In this document: positions 1-9,395 of the stretch, one piece after another | Position numbering within the stretch: the stretch's first letter is position 1 | Layout of the letters: every line of letters starts with the position of its first letter | Origin: an uncultured Melioribacter sp. | GTDB taxonomy: Bacteria > Bacteroidota > Ignavibacteria > Kapaibacteriales > Kapaibacteriaceae | Length of the DNA: 64,000 bases | Direction of reading: 5' to 3' | Assembly: GCA_964484755.1 (NCBI GenBank) | Contig: CAZAGH010000002.1 | Coordinates: 24,783-88,782 of the forward strand | Notes under the pieces: model-generated | What the model was told of the DNA's origin: nothing | Databases searched by the model: none | What the model saw: the letters and a program-made list of their open reading frames with translations, nothing else | Made by a program: the position numbers and the translations under genes

Positions 1-453
1 ATTAGACGACGGCGGTGTTAACGAACTTGCTGCGACAAGTGGTTGGTCCCATGAAACGGTAATCGTGAACGAATCAACAGGTGTCCCCTGTCTTTCTGCA
101 ACGTCATGCAGTAAATCCACGACAAGTCTCTTAACGGGATATCCCCCATACGTGCCAGCAGAATAAACATGAACGAAGTCTTTCAGTTCAATCGGGCTAA
201 CCCTGACGTTGACCTGCCCGTTCTCAGGTGCATAGAAGTCGTACTGTAGGACGTCGCGATGTTTCCGTATGTCTTGGTGCGAACCAACCGCTCTGTGCGA
301 AAGTACGTATCGCTGCGAGGCTGTTCTGCTAACAACAGATCGCAACCCGTTCTCCTTTACGGCAACCCCATAGGCCGACGACCGCACTTGAGCACTGGAG
401 CTCAAACACGATAGTAGAATCAGTAATGGTATCGCAATTCGTCGAAGGGACAT
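1..453 (-). CDS. hypothetical secreted protein, 3' end runs off the window
   Basis: Minus-strand frame is open from a stop at 541-543 down to position 1. The ATG at 453 begins MSLRRIAIPLLILLSCLSSSAQ, a signal-peptide-like N-terminus. It lies directly downstream of the 534..1913 membrane protein on the same strand. No recognisable family. Confidence 0.3.
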   Translation of the reverse strand, partial: MSLRRIAIPLLILLSCLSSSAQVRSSAYGVAVKENGLRSVVSRTASQRYVLSHRAVGSHQDIRKHRDVLQYDFYAPENGQVNVRVSPIELKDFVHVYSAGTYGGYPVKRLVVDLLHDVAERQGTPVDSFTITVSWDQPLVAASSLTPPSSN

Positions 454-533
454 ACTTTTTGCTAAAAAGAAACGCCGTGATACAACCAGGTGCATCACGG
501 CGAATAACGTAGTTGCAATTGTTTTGGTTTCTC

Positions 534-1913
534 TTAGCCGTTAGCCTTTGGCGTTGGGAATGCTTCACGCATAGCAACGATGATCTTCTCAGCTACCTTG
601 TCAGACACAACACGCTTGACATTGTCGTCGCTTGCCAAAGCTTCTGCAATAGCAAGTTCAACCTTCTTCTTAATGATTTCTGATGTTTCGCCCACCAAAG
701 CACTGGCCATAGAGTGCATGTCTTCCGAAACATCCTTCATCGTTTCTAGCTGATTCTTGCTTGCGTCTTCCATCTTCTTCATGAGCTTGTCAATGCGCTC
801 TTCAGCACCAGTGTATACAAGACCGAACGCCAAGAGTGCAAGAAGAGTGCCTTCAAGTGAAATAGCAGCAAGGATCAGTGACGGGCGCGTACCTGGAATG
901 AATTTCAAGCCGCGAATACCGATGATAACGATCAGGATGGCAGCACCGAAGTATGCCAAACCTGTTACGTTGTTCGAATACTTTTCCGTGAAGTGGTGAG
1001 CCATGTACAGACGTAGACCTGGAAACAGGCGATGACGTCCACGTGACCACATTATACCACCTGTCGTATCAACGATTTCCTGCACAACAAAGTCCGAGAA
1101 GAACTCATTGATACGAACAAACAATGCCTCTGCGCGGAACGTTGAAAGAGCAATATCAGGAGTGAAGACGTCTTCGAAACGGATAACACGACGGCCGTGA
1201 CCACCGTTCTTCGATTCACTTTCCTGTGCTGTTCGGTCCCAAACTGTCTTGAACGCCGCACGAACATCCTTGTGCTCGAGCGCATCCAGATCAGAATTTG
1301 GCATAGTAAGAAGATCAACGATTTCCTCACTGAAACCTGTCTGCAGACGAATCTTTGTCTTATTGTGGTGGATTTCACGGTCGACCTTTTGCGCCATGAA
1401 TCCAATGGAGCTTGGCATGAAGAAGGTCAAGAAAATTGCAATCGTGAAACCAAGCGAGATGGCGAGCACCGAGAATGCGATTGGAGGCTCGATGAACACC
1501 GAGTTTTCGCCAAGACCGCCTTCTTCTGTGTTACGAAGAACCCACCAGCTCGCAGACTTGTCAAAACCGTCCTTTTCCTTTGTGCGCTCAACACCTGTTG
1601 AGAAGTCGAACACGATATTCGCGTTCTTCATGACCGTCTTGAGACCGCCCTTGTTGACTTCCTCAACACGTTGTTGCATTGTCTTCGAGGCGTCATCAGC
1701 TTCCATTACACCAATAACGTTGGGTATCACCTCGTCGTACTTTGCGCCCTGCTTCAGCTCGTGCGGTGCGAAGAGGCTAGATACGAATCCCTGGACACCC
1801 CACGGAAGCACAGTGAAGTAGAAAAACACCGCAAGAACTGCTGTCAATCCTAACAGTACAAGTCCGTGTTGCATACCAGATTTTGGTATCTCTGCATGAC
1901 CATTTGCCGTCAT
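534..1913 (-). CDS. polytopic inner-membrane protein, MotA/TolQ/ExbB-like topology (function uncertain)
   Basis: 459-aa ORF. Hydrophobic segments at about residues 18-38 and 145-170, then a pair at about 320-375. A ~100-aa loop follows TM1, a ~150-aa loop follows TM2, and the C-terminus is a charged coiled-coil tail. This four-TM layout with a large cytoplasmic loop resembles MotA/ExbB proton-channel proteins. The family assignment is inferred. Confidence 0.3.
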   Translation of the reverse strand: MTANGHAEIPKSGMQHGLVLLGLTAVLAVFFYFTVLPWGVQGFVSSLFAPHELKQGAKYDEVIPNVIGVMEADDASKTMQQRVEEVNKGGLKTVMKNANIVFDFSTGVERTKEKDGFDKSASWWVLRNTEEGGLGENSVFIEPPIAFSVLAISLGFTIAIFLTFFMPSSIGFMAQKVDREIHHNKTKIRLQTGFSEEIVDLLTMPNSDLDALEHKDVRAAFKTVWDRTAQESESKNGGHGRRVIRFEDVFTPDIALSTFRAEALFVRINEFFSDFVVQEIVDTTGGIMWSRGRHRLFPGLRLYMAHHFTEKYSNNVTGLAYFGAAILIVIIGIRGLKFIPGTRPSLILAAISLEGTLLALLAFGLVYTGAEERIDKLMKKMEDASKNQLETMKDVSEDMHSMASALVGETSEIIKKKVELAIAEALASDDNVKRVVSDKVAEKIIVAMREAFPTPKANG

Positions 1914-2059
1914 TGTTACTCCTATCCCAGTGAGTTACAAGTGCTGAAACTGATTACTTTCAATCGGAGGCCAATATACAAAGAACCCCTTTTTGAAAAA
2001 CGACGAAGCTTCAACTTTCATGTATTTTCTGTCAACGAGTTAGGAGTATTTTTGCTCAC

Positions 2060-3403
2060 ATGAACCACGAAAAGCGCTATACACCGAAATTCCACGTCGC
2101 CCCTTCCGACGTGATCCCATCACTGAAGGAGCACATGCTAGTTGATGGCTTCGACCATGTCATCGATCTTGATCGTTCTCATGGGTCGTGGTTTGTCGAG
2201 GCTAGAACGGGTAAAGAGTACCTGGATTTCTTTACGTGCATTGCATCAATGCCGATCGGCATGAATCACCCAAAAATGCTCGACCCTGACTTTGTGCAGT
2301 ATCTCGGTCATGCTGCTCTTAACAAACCCTCGAACTCCGACATTTACACCTCGGAGATGGCCACGTTTGTTAAAACACTGTTCAATCTTGCTGTTCCAGA
2401 GCACTTCCGCTACGCGTTCTTCATTGACGGCGGAACGCTGGCTGTTGAGAACGCCATTAAGACAGCAATGGACTGGAAGGTCCGTCGAAACTTTGCCAAG
2501 GGGTATTCGCACGAACGCGGACACCAGATTATCCATTTTGAACGTGCATTTCATGGACGTTCAGGGTACTGCATGTCTCTAACCAATACCGACCCTACGA
2601 AGGTTGCTCTGTGGCCACGATGGGATTGGCCACGAATTCCTGCTCCATTTCTGTCATTCCCCGTCACTGATCAGGTTCTCGAAGATGTCCAGCGCCGGGA
2701 AGCAGAATCGTTAGCAAAGATTCGGCAGTCCTTTATCGACAACCCCGATGACATTGCTGCAATCATCATTGAACCTATTCAGGGCGAAGGCGGCGACAAT
2801 CATTTCCGCCCAGAGTTTCTCCAAGCCCTACGCAACATCTGCGATGAACATGAGGCTTTGCTCATATTCGACGAGGTTCAGACCGGCGTTGGCATGACAG
2901 GACATTGGTGGGCTCATGAGGGACTTGGCGTTGCACCTGACATCATGTCGTTCGGCAAGAAGATGCAAGTCTGCGGAATTCTAGTTGGTCCTCGCGTTGA
3001 CGAGATTCCAGACAATGTGTTCCATACCTCCAGTCGCATCAACTCTACATGGGGCGGCTCGCTTGTTGATATGGTTCGCTCAACAAAGTACATCGAGATC
3101 ATCGCCGAGGAGAACCTGGTCGAGAACGCAGCAACAATCGGAGCGTACTTGCGCTCGCAGCTTAGCAAGCTGCAGGATCGTTTGGGTGCAGACGTTATCA
3201 GCAATATTCGTGGAATGGGGCTCTTTAGTGCCTTCGACCTGCCCTCCAAAGAAGCTCGCAATGAGTTCGTGAGAAGAGCCTACGACAATGGACTATTGCT
3301 GGTAGGAAGCGGTGACCGGTCCGTGCGTTTTAGACCACCTCTAAATCTGTCTGCCGCTGAGGTAGACTTGGGTGTCCAGATCATTTCGTCGAGCCTTACC
3401 TAA
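2060..3403 (+). CDS. lat: class-III PLP aminotransferase, L-lysine 6-transaminase-like
   Basis: 447 aa. The IFDEVQTGVGMTGHWWAHE block is typical of class-III aminotransferases. Overall length and the N-terminal region resemble lysine epsilon-aminotransferases. Identity was not computed. Confidence 0.65.
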   Translation: MNHEKRYTPKFHVAPSDVIPSLKEHMLVDGFDHVIDLDRSHGSWFVEARTGKEYLDFFTCIASMPIGMNHPKMLDPDFVQYLGHAALNKPSNSDIYTSEMATFVKTLFNLAVPEHFRYAFFIDGGTLAVENAIKTAMDWKVRRNFAKGYSHERGHQIIHFERAFHGRSGYCMSLTNTDPTKVALWPRWDWPRIPAPFLSFPVTDQVLEDVQRREAESLAKIRQSFIDNPDDIAAIIIEPIQGEGGDNHFRPEFLQALRNICDEHEALLIFDEVQTGVGMTGHWWAHEGLGVAPDIMSFGKKMQVCGILVGPRVDEIPDNVFHTSSRINSTWGGSLVDMVRSTKYIEIIAEENLVENAATIGAYLRSQLSKLQDRLGADVISNIRGMGLFSAFDLPSKEARNEFVRRAYDNGLLLVGSGDRSVRFRPPLNLSAAEVDLGVQIISSSLT

Positions 3404-4427
3404 GAGTGTCAAGGTAGGCGCTAGCCTGTTGTTTGACGAGTGCTAACGTTTCGGCAAAAGCAGCTCCTGGGAGCCGCGCACCTGCTGCGTACACGTGTCC
3501 TCCACCACCGTATGCGGCAGCGAGGTCCCTAACATACGCTGCACCCTTTGAACGGAACGAAATCTTGATCTCGTTTGGAAGCTCGGTAACGAGGATGCCC
3601 ATGGTCACCCCCTGCAACGTAAGCGTTTGCTGAACAAAGCCTTCTGTATCCTCTAGTATGCAGCCGTACTGTTCGAGATCTTGTTGCTGGACAGTCATAA
3701 CACAAAGTCGACCGTTAGCCAGAACTGCCATCTGACTGAGTGTCTTACCAAGAAGCTGAGCTCTCCCGACCGATCCCTGATTCATGACCTCCTCATAGGA
3801 CTTTACTGGATCAGCGCCATGATCGACAAGGTTGGCTACGATTCGGAAGACATCAGCAGTTGTGCGTGGGAATCGGAATGAACCAGTATCAGTCATGATA
3901 CCCGTGTAAAGGCACGTTGCTGCTGCTTCGGGCATTGAACTCGTCTCTCCCGAGGCGTTTATCATCTCGGCAATCATGACACACGTCGAGCATGCATTAG
4001 TATCAATCCATGCAAGTCGTGCGAAGTCCTCCGGGTGCGTGTGATGATCGATGTTTATCACCATCGCATGCGACTCTGTGATGGCAGTGCCAAGCTCACC
4101 TAGCCGAGACACAGCATTGAGATCAAGTACGACAATTGTGTCTGCTGCTGCAATAGCTGGCTGGAGACCTTGTTGCCAAATCCTAGCTTCCGACCATCCA
4201 GGCAACCACTGCAGATTGGATGGGGCTGCATTGGGCAGTATCACCGTCGCCTTCCGTCCGTTGCTTTGTAACCAATGCCATAAACCGAGCGCAGATCCCA
4301 AAGCATCACCGTCCGGATTCACGTGTGTGGTAATGACAATGGCATCTGAGGACAGGAGCCGATTTGAAATCGAGAGAATAATGTTGTCAGTCGGCGATGA
4401 ACCGATATTTTCGTGCGATGTGGACAT
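3396..4427 (-). CDS. nrnA: DHH-family phosphoesterase, NrnA-like oligoribonuclease / pAp phosphatase
   Basis: VITTHVNPDGDALGSALGL and a later IDHH motif are present (DHH/DHHA1 fold). The track ORF extends to 4532 but overlaps the convergent PASTA gene. The internal Met (MSTSHENIG...) at 4427 fits the NrnA N-terminus better. Confidence 0.7.
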   Translation of the reverse strand: MSTSHENIGSSPTDNIILSISNRLLSSDAIVITTHVNPDGDALGSALGLWHWLQSNGRKATVILPNAAPSNLQWLPGWSEARIWQQGLQPAIAAADTIVVLDLNAVSRLGELGTAITESHAMVINIDHHTHPEDFARLAWIDTNACSTCVMIAEMINASGETSSMPEAAATCLYTGIMTDTGSFRFPRTTADVFRIVANLVDHGADPVKSYEEVMNQGSVGRAQLLGKTLSQMAVLANGRLCVMTVQQQDLEQYGCILEDTEGFVQQTLTLQGVTMGILVTELPNEIKISFRSKGAAYVRDLAAAYGGGGHVYAAGARLPGAAFAETLALVKQQASAYLDTLR

Positions 4428-5134
4428 GGCGCAAAATAGGGCTTGCTGCAGCAGTAACGATATCATCCGTCGTTGTTGTTGCAGCCATTGTGGATCAGGT
4501 GATTCTACCATTGATCGTTTCAATGACACCAACGATCACTGTTCCCAATGTTGTCGGTCTCAAGGGAGAAGAATCACGTATCATCATGCAAAGTGCCGGA
4601 TTGCAAGTCGCGCAGATACGTGAACAATACAGCGACGATACGCCAGCTGGTATGGTTATGTCACAACTCCCCTATGCTGATGCTATTGTCAAAGAAGGTC
4701 GACGCGCTTACCTGACTGTGAGCAAGGGTGTTGAGCGAATCAGAGTACCACAACTTATTGGATCGTCACAACGAGATGCTCGTCTGGCGTTGATGCGAAA
4801 TGGACTCGTGCTAGGCTCAGTATCATTCCGCTCGGATTCGTTGTCTCCTGCAGGCATCATTATTGGTCAAAGTATACCGGAAGGAACAACCGCACAGCGC
4901 GAGTCGATTGTCGACATAGTGGTTTCGACCGGGAATGGAGCACCAGTTCCAGATGTTGTGGGATTATCGTTATCCGAGGCCGAGCAAATCATACAAACTA
5001 GTGGCTTCACTGTCGGGCCGACCATTCAGCGCTCGTCAACAGCATTTGAGCCCGGCACGGTGATTGGTCAGACGCCAAAGGCAGACAGCGCTGCAGCAAC
5101 GGGTGCGTCTATAACACTCATCATTGCAAAATGA
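4397..5134 (+). CDS. PASTA-domain protein with N-terminal membrane anchor
   Basis: One N-terminal TM helix, then three ~65-aa repeats. Each begins VP[NQD]V/L-IG/VGL (PASTA signature), e.g. VPNVVGLKGEES, VPQLIGSSQRDA, VPDVVGLSLSEA. Confidence 0.6.
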   Translation: MNRYFRAMWTWRKIGLAAAVTISSVVVVAAIVDQVILPLIVSMTPTITVPNVVGLKGEESRIIMQSAGLQVAQIREQYSDDTPAGMVMSQLPYADAIVKEGRRAYLTVSKGVERIRVPQLIGSSQRDARLALMRNGLVLGSVSFRSDSLSPAGIIIGQSIPEGTTAQRESIVDIVVSTGNGAPVPDVVGLSLSEAEQIIQTSGFTVGPTIQRSSTAFEPGTVIGQTPKADSAAATGASITLIIAK

Positions 5135-5456
5135 TATAAACCCACCCGTCGGATTCCAAAACCTCATATGTCTTAAGGGCGCTGTTACCGGTGTCTCGGC
5201 GTCCGGTTCTTACATCGTAGCGCCAACCATGTAGGGGGCATGTCACGATACCTTCCTCGATATGCCCGTCGTAAATCACGGGGCTTCGTTTGTGCGGACA
5301 GACGTTGGAAACGCAGTAAATGACTCCATCGATGCGGAAGAGCGCCAGATCATGCTCGATGTCCACATCAACACGTTTGCCATGTCGCTCTGAAACCTCG
5401 ACTGATCTGCAGATTCGCGTCCACTCCCTACCCTGTCGAACTATGACCTCGAACAT
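5121..5456 (-). CDS. Rieske [2Fe-2S] domain protein (small-subunit NirD-like ferredoxin)
   Basis: CPHKRSPV ... CPLHGWRY, i.e. the CxH-(n)-CxxH Rieske ligand pattern, in a 111-aa protein. Confidence 0.7.
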   Translation of the reverse strand: MFEVIVRQGREWTRICRSVEVSERHGKRVDVDIEHDLALFRIDGVIYCVSNVCPHKRSPVIYDGHIEEGIVTCPLHGWRYDVRTGRRDTGNSALKTYEVLESDGWVYIILQ

Positions 5457-5464
5457 GGGCTACC

Positions 5465-6307
5465 TTATGGCCTCAACGATATCGGTTCCGACAGCACAGG
5501 CCCCTTGCTACCTGATATCACTCGGGCAGCATCACGCAGAGCATCGTGCTCGAAGACAACGATCCATTCCTCGTCGATGATCTGCGGCAACAGCTTCTTC
5601 TTCTCTTCTATTGTTGTGAGCGGGAAATTGTCATAGCCCATCACGTATGGCACCGGAATGTGGGCACCGGTTGGCATGAGGTCGGCAGGAAAAAAGACTG
5701 TTGTGCTGCCGTCTGAGACCTTTACTCCCTGCATTGCTTGTGTGTGGCCATGCAACGGTATCACAGAAATTCCCGGGAACAGCTCGCCAGGACCATCGAG
5801 AAGCTCCATCATGCCAGCCCCTACGAGGGGCTGATACATTTCCGGCATAAATGATGCACGATCTTTTTCCGTAGGCGACAATGCCCAGGCATAGTGCTCT
5901 CTTTGAACGTAGTGTCGAGCGCGTGAAAAACGTGGGGTTCCGTCGGCGAGCATCGCACCGCCGGCATGATCAAAATGCAGGTGTGTGAATATCACATCCG
6001 TTACGTCGTCAGGCGATATTCCCTGCATAGCCATGGATTGTTCGATGTTGTGCTCAGCAAAGTCCATCTTATAAATGCTCGCCAACTTTTCAGGCATGTA
6101 CGGACTATTGCCCGTATCGACAAGTATGCATCGGCCGTTCCCCCTGATGCATAAGACCTTGGCAGCCATCGGGATACGGTTTAGTTCGTCTGATTCAGCA
6201 TATGCCCTTTGCCACAGTGTTTTCGGCACAACACCGAACATAGCGCCGCCGTCAAGGCCAAACCGACAAGTTTCAAGAAGCGAGATTGAATAGGGTCCGA
6301 CGTTCAT
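5465..6307 (-). CDS. MBL-fold metallo-hydrolase
   Basis: THLHFDHAGG (HxHxDH zinc motif), later His residues, and 280 aa length. Confidence 0.75.
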   Translation of the reverse strand: MNVGPYSISLLETCRFGLDGGAMFGVVPKTLWQRAYAESDELNRIPMAAKVLCIRGNGRCILVDTGNSPYMPEKLASIYKMDFAEHNIEQSMAMQGISPDDVTDVIFTHLHFDHAGGAMLADGTPRFSRARHYVQREHYAWALSPTEKDRASFMPEMYQPLVGAGMMELLDGPGELFPGISVIPLHGHTQAMQGVKVSDGSTTVFFPADLMPTGAHIPVPYVMGYDNFPLTTIEEKKKLLPQIIDEEWIVVFEHDALRDAARVISGSKGPVLSEPISLRP

Positions 6308-6404
6308 GTGGCAAACTTACCGACATTCTCCCAGAGTGAAATGACCAACAGGCCGTATATTTGACGTTCGTTTATTTCTTGAATTACGACGGAGGAGTGC
6401 CCAC

Positions 6405-8555
6405 ATGGGTGCTATAACGAAGATTCGGCAGATTAGTCCGTATTTCCTTGCAGTCATTGCGACACTGTTCATTGTGTTCATGGTTGTCCAGGATTCTAGT
6501 TGCACGAACATGCGCAGCGCGCGCAACAGTGGTGCAACCATGGTGGTAGCCGAGGTTAACGGCGAACCAATTTCTGTGGGTGACTTTGAAGCACGTGTAA
6601 AGGAAGTGATCGAAGGCCAACGCAAGCAGAACCCAGACCAGGAGATCGACGACGAGGTTCTTCGTCAGCAGGTCTTCGACGAGATGGTCAATGAGGTCCT
6701 ACGTCGCCAAGAAGCAGAAAAGATGGGCCTCGTGGTCACTCCGCAGCAGATCATCGACGTCTTGCTCGTAAATCCACCCGAACAGTTTCAGTTCGGTAAG
6801 GATACTGCCGGACGATTTGATCCAAAGATGCAGTGGCAGCTTGTTACCAATCCAGAAAGCATGAAGGAACTGCTTGAGCGCAACGGTCTCACCGTTGAAA
6901 AGTGGAAAGAGATGCTCCTGCAGACAGAAGACTATTTGCGTAGCCAGATGCTCCAGCAGGCAATTGCATCGGCTGTTGGCACTGCAGCAAGCACGCCATC
7001 GTTCGCAGTTGGCAAACGACAGTTTGTTCGTGAGAACAGCTCAGCTGATATTGAGTATATCGCTCTTTCGAGCAGCCGCGTTCGTGATGCAGACGTTAAC
7101 GTAACGGATGCAGACATCGCCGCCTACTACGAAAAGAACAAGGAGTTCTACAAGCAGCGTCCAGGCCGTGCGATCAAGTTCATTGCCTTCCCGCCGCTAC
7201 CATCTCGTGACGACACAACCAACGCACTGAAGAAGTCACAGAAGCTTGCAGAGACGTTCGCCAAGTATACCACGCTGGAACAGCGCGATTCTGCATTCAG
7301 TAGCGAAATGGTTACCCTGCGTGGTACAGAGTTCGACTACACGTCACCTTCAGAAATGGACCCGACGGTAGCAACTACCCTAGCCTCCCTTGCACCACGC
7401 GAAGTTTTTGGTCCGCTCAACGTACCTGGAGGCATAGCATACTATCGTCTCGATGGACGCCGCGACGGAGTCAACCCTATCGCACGTGCTTCGCATATTT
7501 TGATCCCATTCGGTGTGAACAAGGATTCAGCCAAGGCAGAAGCAAACTCCGTTTTGGCTAAGGCCAAAAAGGGCGATGACTTTGCTGAACTTGCACGTAC
7601 GTACTCCAAGGATCCAGGATCAGCCCAGCAAGGTGGCGATCTGAACTACTTTGGCAAGGGGCGTATGGTACCTGAATTCGACAGTGCTGTTTTCGCTGCA
7701 TCTGCTGGTTCGATCGTTGGTCCAGTTGAAACGCAGTTCGGCTACCACATTATCAAGGTCGTCGAGAAGCTGTCCGTCGAATACAAGTACTCCGCCATCA
7801 CGATCAAAGCTGGCATCTCAGCTGCGACAAAGCGTGCAATTGCAGCAGCTGCTGAACAAGCTTACCAAGCTCTGCAAAACGGAGAGGCCATTGAAAGCGT
7901 TGCAACGCCTTATGCAAAGAAGTTCTATGCTCAGCTCCAAGAAACACCTGTATTCGGTAACGAAACACCAGTGCTCCAGTCACGTGAGCTAACATCATGG
8001 GCTTTTGAGAACGAAGTTGGTGCGGTTATTCGTCGCGACATCAAATATTACGGCACAGTGATCGCCCAGGTGTCCGACGCCCGCGAAGCAGGTGTTAAGC
8101 CCCTTGCTGACATGAAGGACAAGATCAAGCGCATTCTCACAGAGCGCGCGAAGTTGGCGAAGCTTGAATCTCAGGCGAAGCAAATGGCCTCTGTTGCAGC
8201 GTCACAAGGCCTAGCTGCAGCCCGCGGCGGTGATTCAACTATCACGTTTGCCACGCAGACGGGTGTGAAGGACAACGGCATGATCACGGGTTTTGGTGGA
8301 GAGTATGCTGTAACATCAGCTGCCTTCTCTCAGCCAATTGGATCTGTCGGCAAGGCCATCAAGGGTGAAAATGGTTGGTTCATCATACGTGTGATTAACC
8401 GTACTGATGCCAATGTTGCAGATTATGCAAAGAATCCAACAAGTATCCTCCAGGCGATTTCTCAGCGTGTACGCAACAGTGCTTTTGGAACATGGTTCCA
8501 GAAGGTGCGTGAACGTGCAGAGATCAAGGATAAGCGTTTCAGCTCAGAAGGATAA
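6405..8555 (+). CDS. ppiD: periplasmic chaperone / peptidyl-prolyl isomerase PpiD(SurA)-like
   Basis: 716 aa with an N-terminal TM anchor and a SurA_N-like region. Two parvulin-type rotamase segments (e.g. GGDLNYFGKGRMVPEFDSAVF ... GYHIIKV). GGAGGAG RBS precedes the ATG. Confidence 0.7.
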   Translation: MGAITKIRQISPYFLAVIATLFIVFMVVQDSSCTNMRSARNSGATMVVAEVNGEPISVGDFEARVKEVIEGQRKQNPDQEIDDEVLRQQVFDEMVNEVLRRQEAEKMGLVVTPQQIIDVLLVNPPEQFQFGKDTAGRFDPKMQWQLVTNPESMKELLERNGLTVEKWKEMLLQTEDYLRSQMLQQAIASAVGTAASTPSFAVGKRQFVRENSSADIEYIALSSSRVRDADVNVTDADIAAYYEKNKEFYKQRPGRAIKFIAFPPLPSRDDTTNALKKSQKLAETFAKYTTLEQRDSAFSSEMVTLRGTEFDYTSPSEMDPTVATTLASLAPREVFGPLNVPGGIAYYRLDGRRDGVNPIARASHILIPFGVNKDSAKAEANSVLAKAKKGDDFAELARTYSKDPGSAQQGGDLNYFGKGRMVPEFDSAVFAASAGSIVGPVETQFGYHIIKVVEKLSVEYKYSAITIKAGISAATKRAIAAAAEQAYQALQNGEAIESVATPYAKKFYAQLQETPVFGNETPVLQSRELTSWAFENEVGAVIRRDIKYYGTVIAQVSDAREAGVKPLADMKDKIKRILTERAKLAKLESQAKQMASVAASQGLAAARGGDSTITFATQTGVKDNGMITGFGGEYAVTSAAFSQPIGSVGKAIKGENGWFIIRVINRTDANVADYAKNPTSILQAISQRVRNSAFGTWFQKVRERAEIKDKRFSSEG

Positions 8556-8576
8556 GGTCCAACAACGACGCTGTAA

Positions 8577-8618
8577 GACGTCCTCATGTTCATCCGAGCA
8601 TGAGGACGTTTCATTTTC
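8577..8618 (+). terminator. rho-independent terminator after ppiD
   Basis: Perfect 11-bp stem ACGTCCTCATG / CATGAGGACGT with a 10-nt loop, followed by TTCATTTTC. Confidence 0.6.
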
Positions 8619-8633
8619 AGCGGCAGACTCAAT

Positions 8634-9395
8634 ATGACGCACAACGAAGCTTACGCACACTGCAGACAGATAGCAACATCGCATTACGAGAACTTTCCTG
8701 TTGCATCGGTACTTGTTCCCTCTCGAATGCGAAAGCATCTCTATGCGATCTATGCGTTCTCTCGAAAAGCAGACGACATTGCTGACGAGGGGAATGCCTC
8801 GGTTGAAGAGCGCTTGCGAGAGCTGGAGAAACTTCGATTACTGCTCCGGGCTGAATCATCAGATGACCCAGTCCTTTGTGCTTTGTTGTTGACCATCAAG
8901 GATTGCCGACTTCCACTTTCTCTCTTCGACCGCCTACTGGATGCATTCGAAAGCGATGTAAGCTTTACTCCTTCCACTTCATGGAATCAAGTACTTGCCT
9001 ATTGCCATAATTCTGCGGATCCTGTTGGTGAACTGTTTTTGCGGCTAGATTACGAAGGAGATGAGCCCCCTATCGATGCAATCATGGCCTCAGATCGCAT
9101 CTGTACTGCACTGCAAATCACAAATTTTCTGCAGGACTTATCAATCGACATTCCACGAGGAAGAACCTACCTGCCTCTGCCAGATGCCGAGGTGATCAAT
9201 CGTACTCGACAGTTGTTTGACGAAGGAGCATGTGTCGTGCGGTATGCTCGATCGTGGCGATTGCGCATGGAGCTACGAGCGATCATCTACGGTGGACGTA
9301 CCATGCTTGAACTCTGTGCACGACGGAAAGACCGTCTAACGCGGCCTCGTCTCACCATGTGGACATTGCTGCTTCATCTGTTTCGAACTCGGTAG
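8634..9395 (+). CDS. squalene/phytoene synthase family protein (HpnC-like)
   Basis: YENFPVASVL... YAFSRKADDIADEG carries the first Asp-rich motif. A second Asp-rich region is QDLSIDIPRGRTYLP. This is the trans-isoprenyl diphosphate synthase head-to-head fold. It is the first of a tandem pair. Confidence 0.65.
   Translation: MTHNEAYAHCRQIATSHYENFPVASVLVPSRMRKHLYAIYAFSRKADDIADEGNASVEERLRELEKLRLLLRAESSDDPVLCALLLTIKDCRLPLSLFDRLLDAFESDVSFTPSTSWNQVLAYCHNSADPVGELFLRLDYEGDEPPIDAIMASDRICTALQITNFLQDLSIDIPRGRTYLPLPDAEVINRTRQLFDEGACVVRYARSWRLRMELRAIIYGGRTMLELCARRKDRLTRPRLTMWTLLLHLFRTR

Noticed and set aside
329-577. 82-aa minus-strand ORF listed in the track
   Set aside because: It lies in a different frame from the signal-peptide ORF (1..453) and runs into the 3' end of the 534..1913 gene. 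Low-complexity composition, no start context. Treated as spurious.
3396-4532. Apparent 135-nt overlap between nrnA (-) and the PASTA gene (+); similar apparent overlaps at truA/M48, mtaB/thioesterase, uvrC/GH13 and alkB/lexA-like
   Set aside because: These are consequences of longest-ORF calling. In each case an internal start codon that better matches the family N-terminus removes or shrinks the overlap.
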